Assembly: GCF_018350175.1 (NCBI RefSeq)
Contig: NC_058368.1
Location: forward strand, 3,286,001 to 3,350,000
Source of the DNA: Felis catus
Lineage: Eukaryota
Reading direction: 5' to 3'
DNA: 64,000 nt
Positions 34,586 to 47,221 of the stretch are shown here, in pieces (position 1 is the stretch's first letter; the number at the start of each line of letters is the position of its first letter). Both the position numbers and the translations under genes were made by a program. The notes beneath the pieces are model-generated. The model was not told the DNA's origin, ran no database searches, and was given only the letters and a program-made list of their open reading frames with translations.

Positions 34586-36264
34586 GATCTCAACAACTCT
34601 CGACGACTGAAACCTTACAGCATACGTTCTCTCGTTAAGGGAGGATTAAGTAAGAAATCAATGTGTAAGATAGCTTTAAAATGTCTACATGCTTGGAAAT
34701 TAAAGAATGAACTTTTTATTGAGTTTTTATTGCATTTATGAGACTAAACTCATTGTTGAAAGATGAGAGCACAGAGAAATTTAAAAAGATTCCAAACTGA
34801 TTGATGATAAAAACATACAATATCGTAATTGAAGGGACGCAGCTAAAGCAATTTTTACACAGAAATTTGTAGCTGTAGGTGCCTCTATTAGAAAAAAATG
34901 AAACGTTTTACAATCAACTGACTTCAAATTGCTAAGCTAAGAAGTTGAAGAAATCAAGAGTAAAATAAACATAAACCAAGAAAAAGCAAAGAAGTAGTCT
35001 AAATCAGAGTAGAAATTGGTGAAGTAGAAAACACAAAGAAAATTACCAAATCCAATAGCTGTATCTCAGTAAAGGTAATAAAATAGATATATTCCTAGCA
35101 AGGTTAATTAAGGGGAAAAAAAGAGAATATGCATAACTTCTAGGTACAAGAAAGAAATTGAGGATTCTACCAACATTACAAGAGCAAAGATGGAATATTA
35201 TAAATGACTTTATGTCAACAAACTTAATAACTTGTTCAAAAGGCCCAATTCCCTGAAAGGCAAAACTTACCAAAACTGGCTCAAAGCAAAACAAAACAAA
35301 AGAATAAGATCTGAATAGCCTGCTCTCTATTAAAGAAATTTAATTAATACTCCAAAACTTCCCACAGATAAAATTTCAAATCCACATGATTTCACTGGTG
35401 GGAAAAAAAAAATTCAGGAAGGAGTAATACCAATCTTATAAAGACGTATCTCAATTCATGACCTTGATACTAAGATAAGAATAAGAAAGTTAAAAAAAAA
35501 AAAAGACCAGAACAATTATCCTAGTGACCATGAATGTAATACCTCAAAAAGAATATTAGTAAATTTTATTCAGGATTATATAAAAACAATATTACATCCA
35601 AGCCAAACAGTTTATTCTAGAATTACAAGGTTGGTTAAATATTGACTATCAACTATATACTCAAACTAACAGATGCACAAAAGGTATTACACAAACTTTG
35701 ACACCTGTTTGTATTCAAAATTCTCAGCAAAACTAAGAATCAGAGGAAATATTCTAAAAGTGAGAAAGGGCATCCAAGAAATATCTACTGTAAACAACAT
35801 ACACAGAACATTAAAAGACCAAATGTTTTCCTTTTAAGTTCAGGAGAAAAGCCAATATTTTACTCTCAATCCTCATCAGTGCCACAAAACAAGAAAAGGA
35901 AACAGAAAGCATAAAGAATTGAAAAAAAAAAAACTCTCCTATTTTTTAAAAGGCTTGATTCTTTAAATATATAGTCCTAAGAAATCTATGAAAAAACTTC
36001 CAGAATTAATGGGGCAGGCATGAATATAGGAAACAGAACTGATGACAAGAATCAGTTAAATGTATACACACTGGCCACAAAAAATGGACAGTATGATTTT
36101 TAAATGCTATTCATAATAGCTTCAAAAACATGAAAAGTTTATAATAAATTTAAACATACACAAAGCTAGGATAGTGAAAATCCTGATCGTGAAAAACAAA
36201 ACCCTGGTGAAATAAAAACAAACAAAAAAAAAGGATCTAATTAAATAAAGAAATATAACTTGTT

Positions 36265-36499
36265 CGGGCCACCAGGGTGGCTCAGTCCGTTAAGCGTCCG
36301 ACTTGACCTCCGGTCATGATCTCACAGGTCGTGGCTTTGAACCCCACGCTGGGCTCTGTGCTGACAGCTCGAAGCCTGGAGCCTGCTTCGAATTCTGTGT
36401 CCTCCTCTCTCTCTGCCCCTCCCTCACTCACACTTTGATTCTCTCTCTCTCTCTCTCTCTCTCTCAAAAATAAATAAACATTAAAACAAATTTAAAAAA
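36265..36499 (+). mobile_element. CAN-SINE
   Basis: Consensus; TSD atataacttgt. Confidence 0.93.
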
Positions 36500-36899
36500 T
36501 ACATATAACTTGTCCGTGATTTGAAATACTCAAGATTGTTAAGAGGGCAATTTGTTCCAATTTGATCCTCAGATTTAACACGATACCAGTTAAAATCTTA
36601 GCGGCCTGTTTGACTCATTGATGATAAAATTTATATAGAATTCTGAAGACCTGGTCTAGCCAAAATTATTTTGAGAAAGTGGAATGATGTACACCACCTG
36701 ATTAGAGAGCTTAATGCAAAACTTCAGAAATCAGGATCTTGTTCTGAGTTCCATGACTGCCACCCATGTGACCATCAAGTACCTGCAATGCCCTAGTCCC
36801 AACTGCGATGTGTCACAGCAGTTGGTGTAAATGCCCATAAGAATTTGAAGATCGTGTGAAAAATGGAAGGTAAAATATCTCAGTGATAATGTTTACATT

Positions 36900-37074
36900 T
36901 AAAAAAAATGTAAGCGGGTGAGGGGCAGAGAGAGAGGGAGACACAGAATCCGAAGCAGGCTCCAGGCTCCGAGCTGTCAGCACAGAGCCCGACGCGGGGC
37001 TCGAACCCATGAATCGCAAGATCACGACCTGTGCTGAAGCAGGTGCTCAACCGACGGAGCCACCCAGGCGCCCC
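36900..37074 (-). mobile_element. CAN-SINE with shortened 3' part
   Basis: Ends ggagccacccaggcgcccc. Confidence 0.93.
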
Positions 37075-38389
37075 GAGGATAGCATTTTCAACCAATGGTA
37101 CTAAGCAACTGGGTATATGTGGTTCAAAAAAAAGGACTCTGACCTCAACCTCACTCCACATTCGAAACTTAATTTGAAATGGATAACAAAGCTAACAGTT
37201 TACACATGCTTCTATAATGCTTTTGTGAAGTGCTGTAAAGACTATGGAAAAAGTACTAATGGCCAAAGAAAACAGTAAATCAAACTTCCGTCAACTTAAA
37301 ACCTCTGTTTTTCAAAAGACGCTGTTGAGAAACAAAGGAAAAGGCAAGTTAGAGACTGGAAAATATATTGTCAGTGCAAATACCTGGCAAATGGCTTGTA
37401 TTTAGCAGGTACAAGGAACAAAGAATCAGAGAAAGATAGGGAAACAAAAAGATTGGAATTGACCCTTACAAAATATACAAATGGCCAGGAAGCAAGGAAA
37501 AAAGCTGGTCTACACTACCAGTTTTCAGGGAAGAGTAAATCCAACCACAACGAACAGCTGAAATAAGTATGGTTAATTATACCACATATTGTGGGAGCAT
37601 GGAGCTACTGGAATGTTCTTACACTGTGGTGCAAGGCTGTAAACAGCGCAACCCCTTGTAAACCAGTCTGTCAGTTACTTGTGACTACACTTTCTCTCTT
37701 AGTTACCCAAGTGAAAAGAAAAGTAGCTCACAGAAAGAATGGTACCTGAAAGTATACCAGCTGCCTTCACAACAGGCTGGACACAATATAAATGTTCATT
37801 AAAAGGTGAATGGACAAACATTAATTTATCCATGCTGTATTCGTAGAGTAATAATATTCAACGTAGAATAGCAACATATCACAGATATAGGTAGCAAGAT
37901 GGGTGGACCTCAAGAACATGATACTGATTGAAAGAGTCAAGACACAAAAGACACATTCTGTTGCATTCCGCTTACGGGATGTTTTCTAATCTGCAAAACC
38001 AATCTACGGTTCGAGAGATCAGATCAGCGGTTGCCTCACAGGGAGGGATTGAATACAAAGACATTGACACAGGGGAGTTTGGGGACAGCATAACCTTTCA
38101 TAGCTTGTTGAAATTGTAATTACAAGATCGCATCGATTTCCCAAGCTTATTTTACCAACCCCTCAAAATGGGTGCATTTTATTGAATGTGAATTATTTTT
38201 CAGGAAAGTGCCTCGTATATGCGTATAAAGCAGATTATGGACAGATACGTTTTCTTAATTGCACACCTCTGTCAAAATGGAAAAGGAGGATTAAAATCCT
38301 CAAGAAAGCACTTTCTGACTTTGCCTCATCTCCACTCATAACCCATCATGAGTGGTATGATTACAGATATAACGTACGTTAAGTGTCCG

Positions 38390-38735
38390 ATCACTAAAGT
38401 GTGCACCTACAGCCAATATTACACTGTATGTTAACTAACTGGAATTTAAGTTAAAACTTGAAAAGGAATCAAAAGAAAGGAGCAAAAAGATAAAAAAGAA
38501 AGAGAAAGACCATTCAAGAAACAGAGTCTTAACTATGAAGAACAAACTGATAGTTACCAGAAGGGAGGTGGGTGGGGGATGGGTGAGACAGGGGGTGGGG
38601 ATTAGGAGGGCACTTGTTGTGATGAGCACAGGGCGATGTGTGGAAGTGTTGAATCACTGTATTGTACACCTAAAATTAATATTGCAAAGTATGTTAATTA
38701 AGTGGAATAGAAATAAAAGCTTAAAAAGAAAACAA
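38390..38735 (+). mobile_element. Two tandem carnivore L1 3'-end fragments
   Basis: acactgtatgttaactaactggaattt; gaacaaactgatagttaccagaagggaggtggg...gttgaatcactgtattgtacacct. Confidence 0.85.
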
Positions 38736-40129
38736 ATATAACCGAAATATAGAATCTTCTATAGAATCTAGAATCTATAGAATCTTCTAGAATCTTCTTT
38801 TTACAATTTGGAGGGGGAAAAACATTACCTTTAAGCATTACCTATCTCCTGAGTCCTGGACTGTTTGTAAATATTTTATTTCCTAAAAGTCTAGAGATCC
38901 GAAGGAAACCTCATAGATGTAAATGAAGGGCACTCATATTTGTAGCTATTGCTTGTTCGGGCTCAGCCTGTTAAAAATATGTGACAGAAAGCTTATTTTT
39001 GCTTCTTCCGCAGCAAGGCAGATGTCCTGACACTTTCCCTCCCACCACAAGCGCAGATCCCTTTACAAAAATAACACCTTCTTCTAGGGAAATATTTGCA
39101 CATTTAAAATAATTCAGGAGCATTTTTTAGTTTCTTGGGGCGTTTGATCATCCACTGGTTGGTTTGTTTTGCCTCTCTTGGTTTCTGATCCAAGACCATC
39201 TGACACGTGCTTTGGTTTGCTCGGCTGGAGCTGTGCATACGGAGAAAAGCAGGAGGCATGGGCCACACAGCTTGGCTTGCCCTTCAGATGGGCCTTCTTG
39301 TCAAAAAACAAAATCAGACAGGACACGCCAGAGACTCGGCCCTGGCCGGACAGTGAGTAACAAGAACCAGGAGGCGGAGCGATGCTTCCAGAGCACCCAC
39401 TTCAGATTCTCCCTGGAAGGGTGTTTAAGGCAGGGGCCCTGCAGCCAAGGCCCTATCTTGTGAGCCTGTGGAACGAAACACGTCAAACCCATGTCGCCCT
39501 TTCTTCTGGTCTGTTTCCTTTCATCACCTCCCTGACAGGGGCAGATTCGTTCTGCCCAGTTCTTAGAACAATGTTTTATTAGCATCCAGCCTCAATTCTC
39601 TCCTTGGCTCTGGAGCCCTTGTAGCATTGTGTTTTCTTTTTCATCCATAAAACCCTTTTTAAATCTGGCTTTCTTTGACTCTGATGTCAGGGGGGAAGAG
39701 ATGGCCGACTTGAGAAGAGAGACATTTTATTAGCAAACGTGCACGTACAGCAACCGCGGGCACATTCTGCAAGGCCCCGGGGGAATTTGGAATCGAGGTG
39801 AGAATCTCTTCATCTCTAACTCTACACGGAGGGTGATCCATCATGGGTCTTCTTTGTCTGAGTGTTTAGACAACGTTTAGACTTTGAGTGCTTAGAATCA
39901 ATCTCTCTTGGGCAGGGAGCAGAAATATTCTTTAGCCCTAAATTACAATTTTAAATATGGTATCAGTGAACTGCCAAGGCAGCGATCAGCTGGAGCTTGG
40001 TACGGATCAGCATTGCCGGGGAGGACTTTTCTGCTGAGAAATCATGCAGGAGGCGAGTGCTACAATTTTATAACCCCTGCTAGTGGTCAGGACTGTCCTT
40101 ATTCCCACTCACAGAATACTACGGGGGCG

Positions 40130-40270
40130 AGTACTACTGGTTAAACCCTCATTTATGAAGAATGAGGGACACGGAGGCGAACTAACTTGCCTGAGCTGCC
40201 TCGCCAGTAGTTGGGGAAGCAGGGAATTTGACCTAGCTCCAGCATCTGTGTGTGTGACTATGCTGCATCC
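40130..40270 (-). mobile_element. MIR fragment
   Basis: ctcatttatgaagaatgagggacacggagg...taacttgcctgagc...gggaatttgacctag. Confidence 0.6.
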
Positions 40271-40995
40271 AAGGCAGGTAGACTCCATCTCAACTGCTAT
40301 TAGTTTTCGTTGAAAACAAAAAATACGAGTCCCTACGTGAAGCCAAACTTAAAGCAGCCGCAGCCATCTGCAGTAAAACCCAGTCACAAGTGTACACAAT
40401 TCTAAAGAGTGGGTATATTTCACACAAAGCATGCGTAAGTGTTCGGTGAGCGCATTCAAGAAAAACCGTTAAAATAGCATGGTGTATGGGAAGCACTTGA
40501 TAAATATGAGGTAAATTTACTGGTAAGAAGAGAAAAAACCAAATCAACACTGGTCATAAAAATTACTTCCTAGGGTAGTGGGGGGAGGGGTATCAAGAAA
40601 CTGACCCACTTGATGACAGATGAACAAACAGACAATTTAGGCACCACATCTGGAGGGCACGGTTTTGTCAGGTTTAAATCTAGAATTGGTCAATATCAGG
40701 CTGTATGATCAGGACGCTACACAATAACAGCGGGGCATCCGTTCTGGTGGCTGGAATTTTAAGATGCAAAATGGGAAAACTTATATCTATGCTCTTTTTT
40801 TTTTGTTTATAATCAGAGATAGTCTTTAGAAAGAAACAAGAATAAAGCATTGTAGACAGAGAAGCCCAGACGGGACTACAAGTCTCAGTTGTATCGGGAC
40901 CCAGGGTTTAGCTCATTTCTGAGATGTGGCTGGGTTGTCCTTCTATTTTTTGGAAAACCCCAGCTTCTTTTCTATGTCCTTCTCTGAGCACTCAA

Positions 40996-41380
40996 GTCAA
41001 TTTTAAAATCACCCAAGTCAATTTACATATATATATATATATAATATATATGTAAGTTTATATATATATTATATGCATATAATATATATAATATGCATAT
41101 AATATATATAATATATATAAATTTTATATATAATATATATTATATTCATATATATCATATAATATATATAATATGCATATATATAATATAATATATATAA
41201 ATTTTATATATAATATATATTATATTCATATATATATCAGGTCAGTTTTAAAATCACCCAAGTCAATTTACAAATATAATATATATGTAAATTTATATAT
41301 ATATACAATTTTTATATAATACATATGGATTTATATATAATATATATTATATGCATATATATATACACGCATATATACAC
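40996..41380. repeat. Complex (TA)n region with nested tandem duplications
   Basis: Flank ttttaaaatcacccaagtcaatttaca occurs twice, 245 bp apart. Confidence 0.9.
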
Positions 41381-41961
41381 AAACCTTCTCTCTACCTCCT
41401 AAAAATACTATATATTTATTTGTTTATTTTCTGAATCCCCCATAAAAGGTTAGGACCTTGGCCCACTGCTCTATCCCCAGCACAGTGTCAGCACAGTGTC
41501 AATGGTTTCTGAATGAATCAAGAGTATGAATGGATAGATTTTCCTGTGCTTAAGCGAATTTTAGATGAGGTTCTCTTTCTTGCAAATCAGAGTTGTAGTC
41601 AACCTGCAAGAGCGCAGTTTCGCTGAAATGCATAGACAGGGAAGAGTACCTAGGCTGGGATGCTGCGTAAGAGGTTGCGGAGTGGGGAGAGAAGATGCTG
41701 GAATAAGGAGCTGCTCAAATCCTCGCTGTTTGACCAAGAAGCACCAGATCTTGGATCTGCCCAGCACTGTCCTATGGAAACAACTGCACCAAATAGCGAC
41801 CTTCATTCCAGGAAATGTGGGATCTAGAAAAAGAGCATGGTTCAAATTCCAGTAGATGTATTGGTTTATCTACCTATTTAAGTAGTAAATGGAAGGTGCT
41901 TGTTGGGGAGAAGAGTCTGACATTGCTAACCATTCGGATTCTGCCATTTTTGGAAATAGTC

Positions 41962-42180
41962 TTTTTTTTAAATTTTTTTATATTTATTTATTTTTGAGAG
42001 AGGAAGAGACAGAGCATGAGTAGGGGAGGGGCAGAGAGAGAGGGAGACACAGAATCCGAAGCTGGCTCGAGGCTCCGAACTGTCAGTACAGAGCCCGACA
42101 CGGGGCTCGAACCCACGAATGGTGAGATCATGACCTCAGCTGAAGTCGGACGCTTAACCGAATGAACCACCAGGCACCCC
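41962..42180 (-). mobile_element. CAN-SINE (SINEC_Fc)
   Basis: Reverse consensus; TSD gaaayagtctt. Confidence 0.95.
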
Positions 42181-42369
42181 AGAAACAGTCTTAAAATAAG
42201 GGCATGGCATCCATGAATTCTGATTCCCAGATCTGGGATACATAGAGAAGTACAGCCATGTTATTGACTATACTATTTCATGCTCGTTGATGCTAATGTC
42301 ATAACCCCGAGTAACTGAGTGTTGGCTGGCAAAGTCTGGAACTTCCCAGATGAAATCTGAAACTGACCC

Positions 42370-42740
42370 CTGTACACGGAGGGCAAGGAGAGCCTGAAGA
42401 GAGAAGCAGACTACTCCAGACTGGTCGGTGTCAGTTTTAAGAAGGGAACTGATACATGAGGCTTATCTCCGTGGCCGCAAGGCAAGTGGATTTCAGCATT
42501 TGCCCACCTGACTCTTAAAAGCTTTTATGGAGGCCTTAACTGAGTTCAGTCACATATTCAGTCCAGATGGTCTAAACAACACCTTGTTCTCTACATCCTT
42601 GAAACAGCTCTGGCTATGGGAATGGTAGGTGGGATGGACATTCCAAGGACAGGGGAAGAGGTGGGGTGCCTCCAGTTGCCTGGGTCCAACTCGTGGGTCA
42701 ACCTGTGATCATTTCCTCTCCATGACCTCCTCCGACTCTG
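42370..42740 (-). mobile_element. Possible ERV-type solo LTR
   Basis: LTR-like composition (cagttttaagaagggaact, ttaaaagcttttatggagg); family not recognised. Confidence 0.35.
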
Positions 42741-43002
42741 AGCAAAAATGAAACCGTGTTCGACATCCTCTGTTTAATTAGGAAGTCCATAGTATATTTA
42801 GACCACTTCTTCCAGACAAACTGGTAAAGAATTTATAAAAGCGTAAATTTATCAATGTGGATGCTGTTGTGTATCCTCTAATACATTTCCATTCTTCTAA
42901 TAAGACCTCCAAGTTTTAGCTGGCCACATGATCGTCCACCAAGAAAGACTACATTTCCCCTGTGCTCTTGTAGCTGAGTGTGGCTATATTACCAAGTTAG
43001 GG

Positions 43003-43249
43003 ACTATATGATGTAAACACGAATGACGACTTCTGGAAAATACCTTCGAGAGAAAGAGAGAAAAAAAAAGCCATGTCCTTTATCCCCTTCTTTCATTTCT
43101 TTTTTTTTTTTTTTTCCAACGTTTATTTTACTATATGATGTAAACACGAATGACGACTTCTGGAAAATACCTTCGAGAGAGAGAGAAAAAAAAGCCATGT
43201 CCTTTATCCCCTTCTTTCATTTCTTTTTTTTTTTTTTCAACGTTTATTT
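43003..43249. repeat. 127-bp tandem duplication
   Basis: actatatgatgtaaacacgaatg... starts at 43003 and 43130; copies differ only in the simple-repeat runs. Confidence 0.95.
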
Positions 43250-43440
43250 ATTTTTGGGACAGAGAGAGACAGAGCATGAACGGGGGAGCGGCAGAGAGAG
43301 AGGGAGACGCAGAATCGGAAACAGGCTCCAGGCTCTGAGCCATCAGCCCAGAGCCCGACGCGGGGCTCGAACTCACGGACCGCGAGATCGTAACCTGGCC
43401 GAAGTCGGACGCTTAACCGACTGCGCCACCCAGGCGCCCC
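43224..43440 (-). mobile_element. Young CAN-SINE (SINEC_Fc)
   Basis: Near-consensus; TSD cccttctttcatttct at 43209 and 43441. Confidence 0.97.
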
Positions 43441-44385
43441 CCCTTCTTTCATTTCTATTTGCTGGAATACGGAGATAGTGACTGGATCTGTGGTAGCCAT
43501 CTTAGGCCACAAAAGTGACCTGGGGAATGAAAACTCAAGAAGCCCAGGTCTCTAACACTTTGAATCCTCACTTCAAATCTCTGGACTGTCTTCCCCTGGA
43601 ATTGTACATAGAAGAAAGTAAATTCCCACCTGCTTAACCCAGTAGGCTTTTCTTTTACTTTTGACCAAACCAAGTAGGGGAATTTATTCCTGAATAATGG
43701 CAAATAAGTAGGCATTGATACAATGGCTAGGTGTATACGATTACTAAATTACAAAGGGGTCCCAGCGGTAGCAGCTGTATGACCAAATGGTATTTATCTT
43801 CTCAATTATTCACTGAGGCCTTTCTACAGAAGTGATACATCACGGAAACTTTCTAAACCAAAAATGATGTGTCCTAGCTTTGTGATTAGCTCGCTACGTT
43901 CCTTCTATGAAAGACATCTGAGAGTTGCCTGAATCTGACTTGACTGGTCGCTTGTTCTTGTCAGGATCTTTTGAAAAGCAGACATTTGTGATGCTAAAAG
44001 CGAAGGGATTATTTTGTACGGACTAGGGAGACGTTTGAAACTCAACAATGGCAGGGTCATATCAGCAGTACTGAAAAAATGAGTTCCTAGTTGAGCTGGA
44101 CCACCTGTGTTTCCCAAGCTTGCACCCCAACACTCCAGATGTTCATCTGGAAAACATGGGCCAAGGACTTGGAGACTTATATGTAGATATTTGCTAACTG
44201 ACCCATTAAGCACTAATTCAGGGGAATTATTACCACTGTTAATTAAGCAAATTCTTGTTGCTAATAATCTAACATACGGCTTTCCACAAGAGAGTCTGCC
44301 GGGATAATACATGCATTCGTGTACACGAATCAGACTTGACTGGGGCCCCATCAATAAAACAACTGCTTATTCTCTCTATTTAAAT

Positions 44386-44607
44386 ATTTTTTTTTCAACA
44401 CTTATTTATTTTTGGGACAGAGAAAGACAGAGCATGAACGGGGGAGGGGCAGAGAGAGAGGGAGACACAGAATCCGAAACAGGCTCCAGGCTCTGAGCCA
44501 TCAGCCCAGAGCCCGACGCGGGGCTCGAACTCACGGACCTCACGGACCGCGAGATCGCGACCTGGCTGAAGTCGGACGCTTAACCGACTGCGCCACCCAG
44601 GCGCCCC
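44386..44607 (-). mobile_element. Young CAN-SINE (SINEC_Fc) with a 9-bp internal duplication
   Basis: tcacggacc twice; TSD tctatttaaa. Confidence 0.97.
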
Positions 44608-45034
44608 ATCTATTTAAAAATCTATGGCATGTTTATATTATGGTTTTATTTTGACTTATCATTTATCACTTACCTCAGCACTTAGTATCACTTAGTACCT
44701 CAGAAACTAAAAATAATTTTAAAAAGATGGCTGCTTTTCTCTTTGAGATATCTATAGGATTTAAAATGGTGTATTTTAAATAAAGTAATTACAAACATAA
44801 CCATCCCATTTGGTGAAAATTGGTTCAGCTATTTTTGGGTGTTGTTAACCAATAAGAACACATTAAATTTATATAGGTTAATTGTATCTACTCACACTGT
44901 ATGGCAACAAATACAGGTTTTAAAAGCCTTTAACTAAGTTCAAAGCTAAGATTTGCCACATTTTCTGGCTATGCCACATTAGAGCAATTACAAAACCTAG
45001 GTGAACCATAATTGTGTTTCCATAAATTACATAA

Positions 45035-45285
45035 TAGCTAATATTTATTGAGTATTTACTATTTGCCAGACACTGTTTTAAGCTCCTTAAATTTGTTAAA
45101 TTGTTTAATCCTTAAAAAATAAAATCCTTATGAGATAGGAGCTATTGTTATCTCCAAAATACAAAAGAGGAATTTGGATACAGACACTTGGAGTAACTTA
45201 TCCAGGATTAATTATTTAACAAGTGCCAGCGCCTGGATTTGAACCCCAGTCATCTAGCTCCAGAACCCACACCATTTGCTACCCA
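45035..45285 (-). mobile_element. MIR, near full length
   Basis: atagctaatatttattgagtatttactatttgccagacactg...ggatttgaacccagtcatctagctccaga. Confidence 0.9.
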
Positions 45286-45654
45286 CCTCTAGAAAGTTAC
45301 CTGACCTTTAAGAATTGCTGAGGTTTCAAACAATGTATGTAAAGTATCTTGAACGCAATGGCTATTCCAGTCCAACATGGAAGAAGCTAAGACATTTTCA
45401 CTCCAGCCTAATAACAAGTAATAAGCTGAGTAAATTGGAAACTCAACAATGCTTATTAGATCTGTAAGATAAGTCACAGGGCAAACCACTGTTCCAAAAA
45501 GAGAAGAGGACACAAGTAGATGCAGAAAAGCACAACTCACACAAGCATAAATTCAGAGAAGAAAATCCCGCGGGAACAAGTATCGGGGTGGGAAAAACTA
45601 AACTGTAATTGCTGACATTCTAGAGGCTCAGTGTGAACAACCTAGAAAAATAAA

Positions 45655-46180
45655 ATCTATGACCCAGCAATATAGCACTGCTAGTAATTTGCCCAAGGGA
45701 TACAGGAGTGCTGATGCATCGGGGCACTTGTACCCCAATGTTTATAGCAGCACTCTCAACAATAGCCAAATTATGCAAAGAGCCTAAATGTCCATCCACT
45801 GATGAATGGATAAAGAAATTGTGGTTTATATACACAATGAAGTACTATGTGGCAATGAGAAAGAACGAAATATGGCCTCTTGTAGCAACGTGGATGGAAG
45901 TGGAGAGTGTTATGCTAAGTGAAATAAGTCATACAGAGAAAGACAGATACCATATGTTTTCACTCTTATGTGGATCCTGAGACACTTAACAGAAGTCTAT
46001 GGAGGAGGGGAAGAAAAAAAAAAGAGAGGGAAGGAGCCAAACCATAAGAGACTCTTAAAAACTGAGAATAAACGGAGGGTTGATGAGGGGTGGGATGGAG
46101 GGGAAAGTGGGTGATGGGGATTGAGAAGGGCACTGTTGTATGGAAACAAATTTGACAATAAATTTCATACTAAAAAAAAG
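45655..46180 (+). mobile_element. Felid L1 (L1_Fc-like) 3' end
   Basis: ORF 45708-45980 CTPMFIAALSTIAK...WIKKLWFIYTM is the L1 ORF2 C-terminus; aataaa and A tail follow. Confidence 0.95.
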
Positions 46181-46560
46181 AATTGCATATAAAACAAAAA
46201 TAGTCTTTAAGAATAAAGGAAACATAGTGATAAGAAACACAAAATCTGAGGGAATGTATTACCAACGGGCATGATGCTATAAGAAATACTAAAGAAAATT
46301 GTTGAGGTTGAGGGAAAATGACACCAGATGACCATAAGGAACTTCCAGAAAGAGAGAAGTATACTACAAAGGGTAAATATGAGAGTGACTATGAAATAAA
46401 TTACTGTTTAGCTCAATAATAATCCAAATATCTTCAAAGGTTTATAGCAAATTTATAAGTAAAAATGTATTCCAGCAATAGAAGAAAAGGCAGGAGGGAC
46501 ATAGCTATAACTGAAGTGTTGGAATCGAGAAGTTATAAACATTCTCACGTACTGTAGACT
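46180..46560 (+). mobile_element. Old L1M ORF1-end fragment
   Basis: aaaatagtctttaagaataaagga...aaaatctgagggaatgtattacc...aagaaatactaaag. Confidence 0.6.
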
Positions 46561-46795
46561 GTATACTGCAAAGGTACATATTTAAAAAACATACTAGTCA
46601 TTTGCTCAGTAAAGAAAGCAACTGGAACTCTGATACGTTGCTTTGGGGACTAAAAATTATTACTGCCACTTCTGATACTACCATTCTTAAAACCTGACAC
46701 TACGATTATCCACAATAGTCAAGATATGGAAACAAACTAAGTGTCCATCAATGGATGGATGAAGAAGAGACATATAAAATAGAATATATATATAA

Positions 46796-47005
46796 GGGGC
46801 ACCTGGGTGGCTCAGTCGTTAAGTATCCGACTCTTGGTTTTGGCTCAGGTCATGATCTCACAATTTCATGAGTTTGAGCCCCTCATTGGGCTCTGTCCTG
46901 GCACTGTGGAGCCTGCTTGGGATTCTCTCTCTCTCTCCCTCTCACTCTGCCCCTCCCCTGCTCATACTATTTCTGTCTGTCTCAAAATCAATACATATAT
47001 TTTAA
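46796..47005 (+). mobile_element. CAN-SINE
   Basis: Consensus head and CT tract. Confidence 0.93.
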
Positions 47006-47015
47006 ATCAAAAACA

Positions 47016-47221
47016 ATTTTTTACATTTATTTATTTTTGAGAGACAGAGCACAAGTGGGGGATGGCGGGGGCAGAGAGAGAAGGAGACGCTGAATCCAAA
47101 GCAGGCTCCAGGCTCCTAGCTGTCGGCACAGAGCCAGACGTGGGGCTCGAACCCACAAACCGCGAGATCATGACCTGAGCCGAAGTCGGACGTTCAACCG
47201 ACTGAGCCACCCGGGCGCCCC
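47016..47221 (-). mobile_element. CAN-SINE (SINEC_Fc) inserted in the tail of the previous SINE
   Basis: Reverse consensus; TSD tataytttaaat. Confidence 0.93.

Larger units (their letters stand above)
34190..38200 (+). mobile_element. Decayed L1M, about 4 kb (ORF2 endonuclease region to 3' UTR), interrupted by 3 SINEs
   Basis: MDLIVISRILDP...THSF resembles L1 ORF2 endonuclease; gggacgcagctaaagca, aattacaaggttggttaaat, aaccaatggtactaagcaactgg and gacctcaacctcactcca occur in L1 order; many stops. Confidence 0.88.
42865..43698 (+). mobile_element. Old MLT1 (H-K-like) LTR interrupted by a SINE and a duplication
   Basis: gactacatttcccctgtgctcttgtagctgagtgtggc; tagccatcttaggccac; agaagaaagtaaattcccacctgcttaacc. 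Confidence 0.7.

Noticed and set aside
43023..43478. 151-aa ORF with an internal repeat
   Set aside because: It is produced by the 127-bp duplication and antisense SINE sequence
45708..45980. 90-aa ORF with protein-like composition
   Set aside because: It is the L1 ORF2 C-terminus in a 5'-truncated copy. The same applies to 60480-60731.
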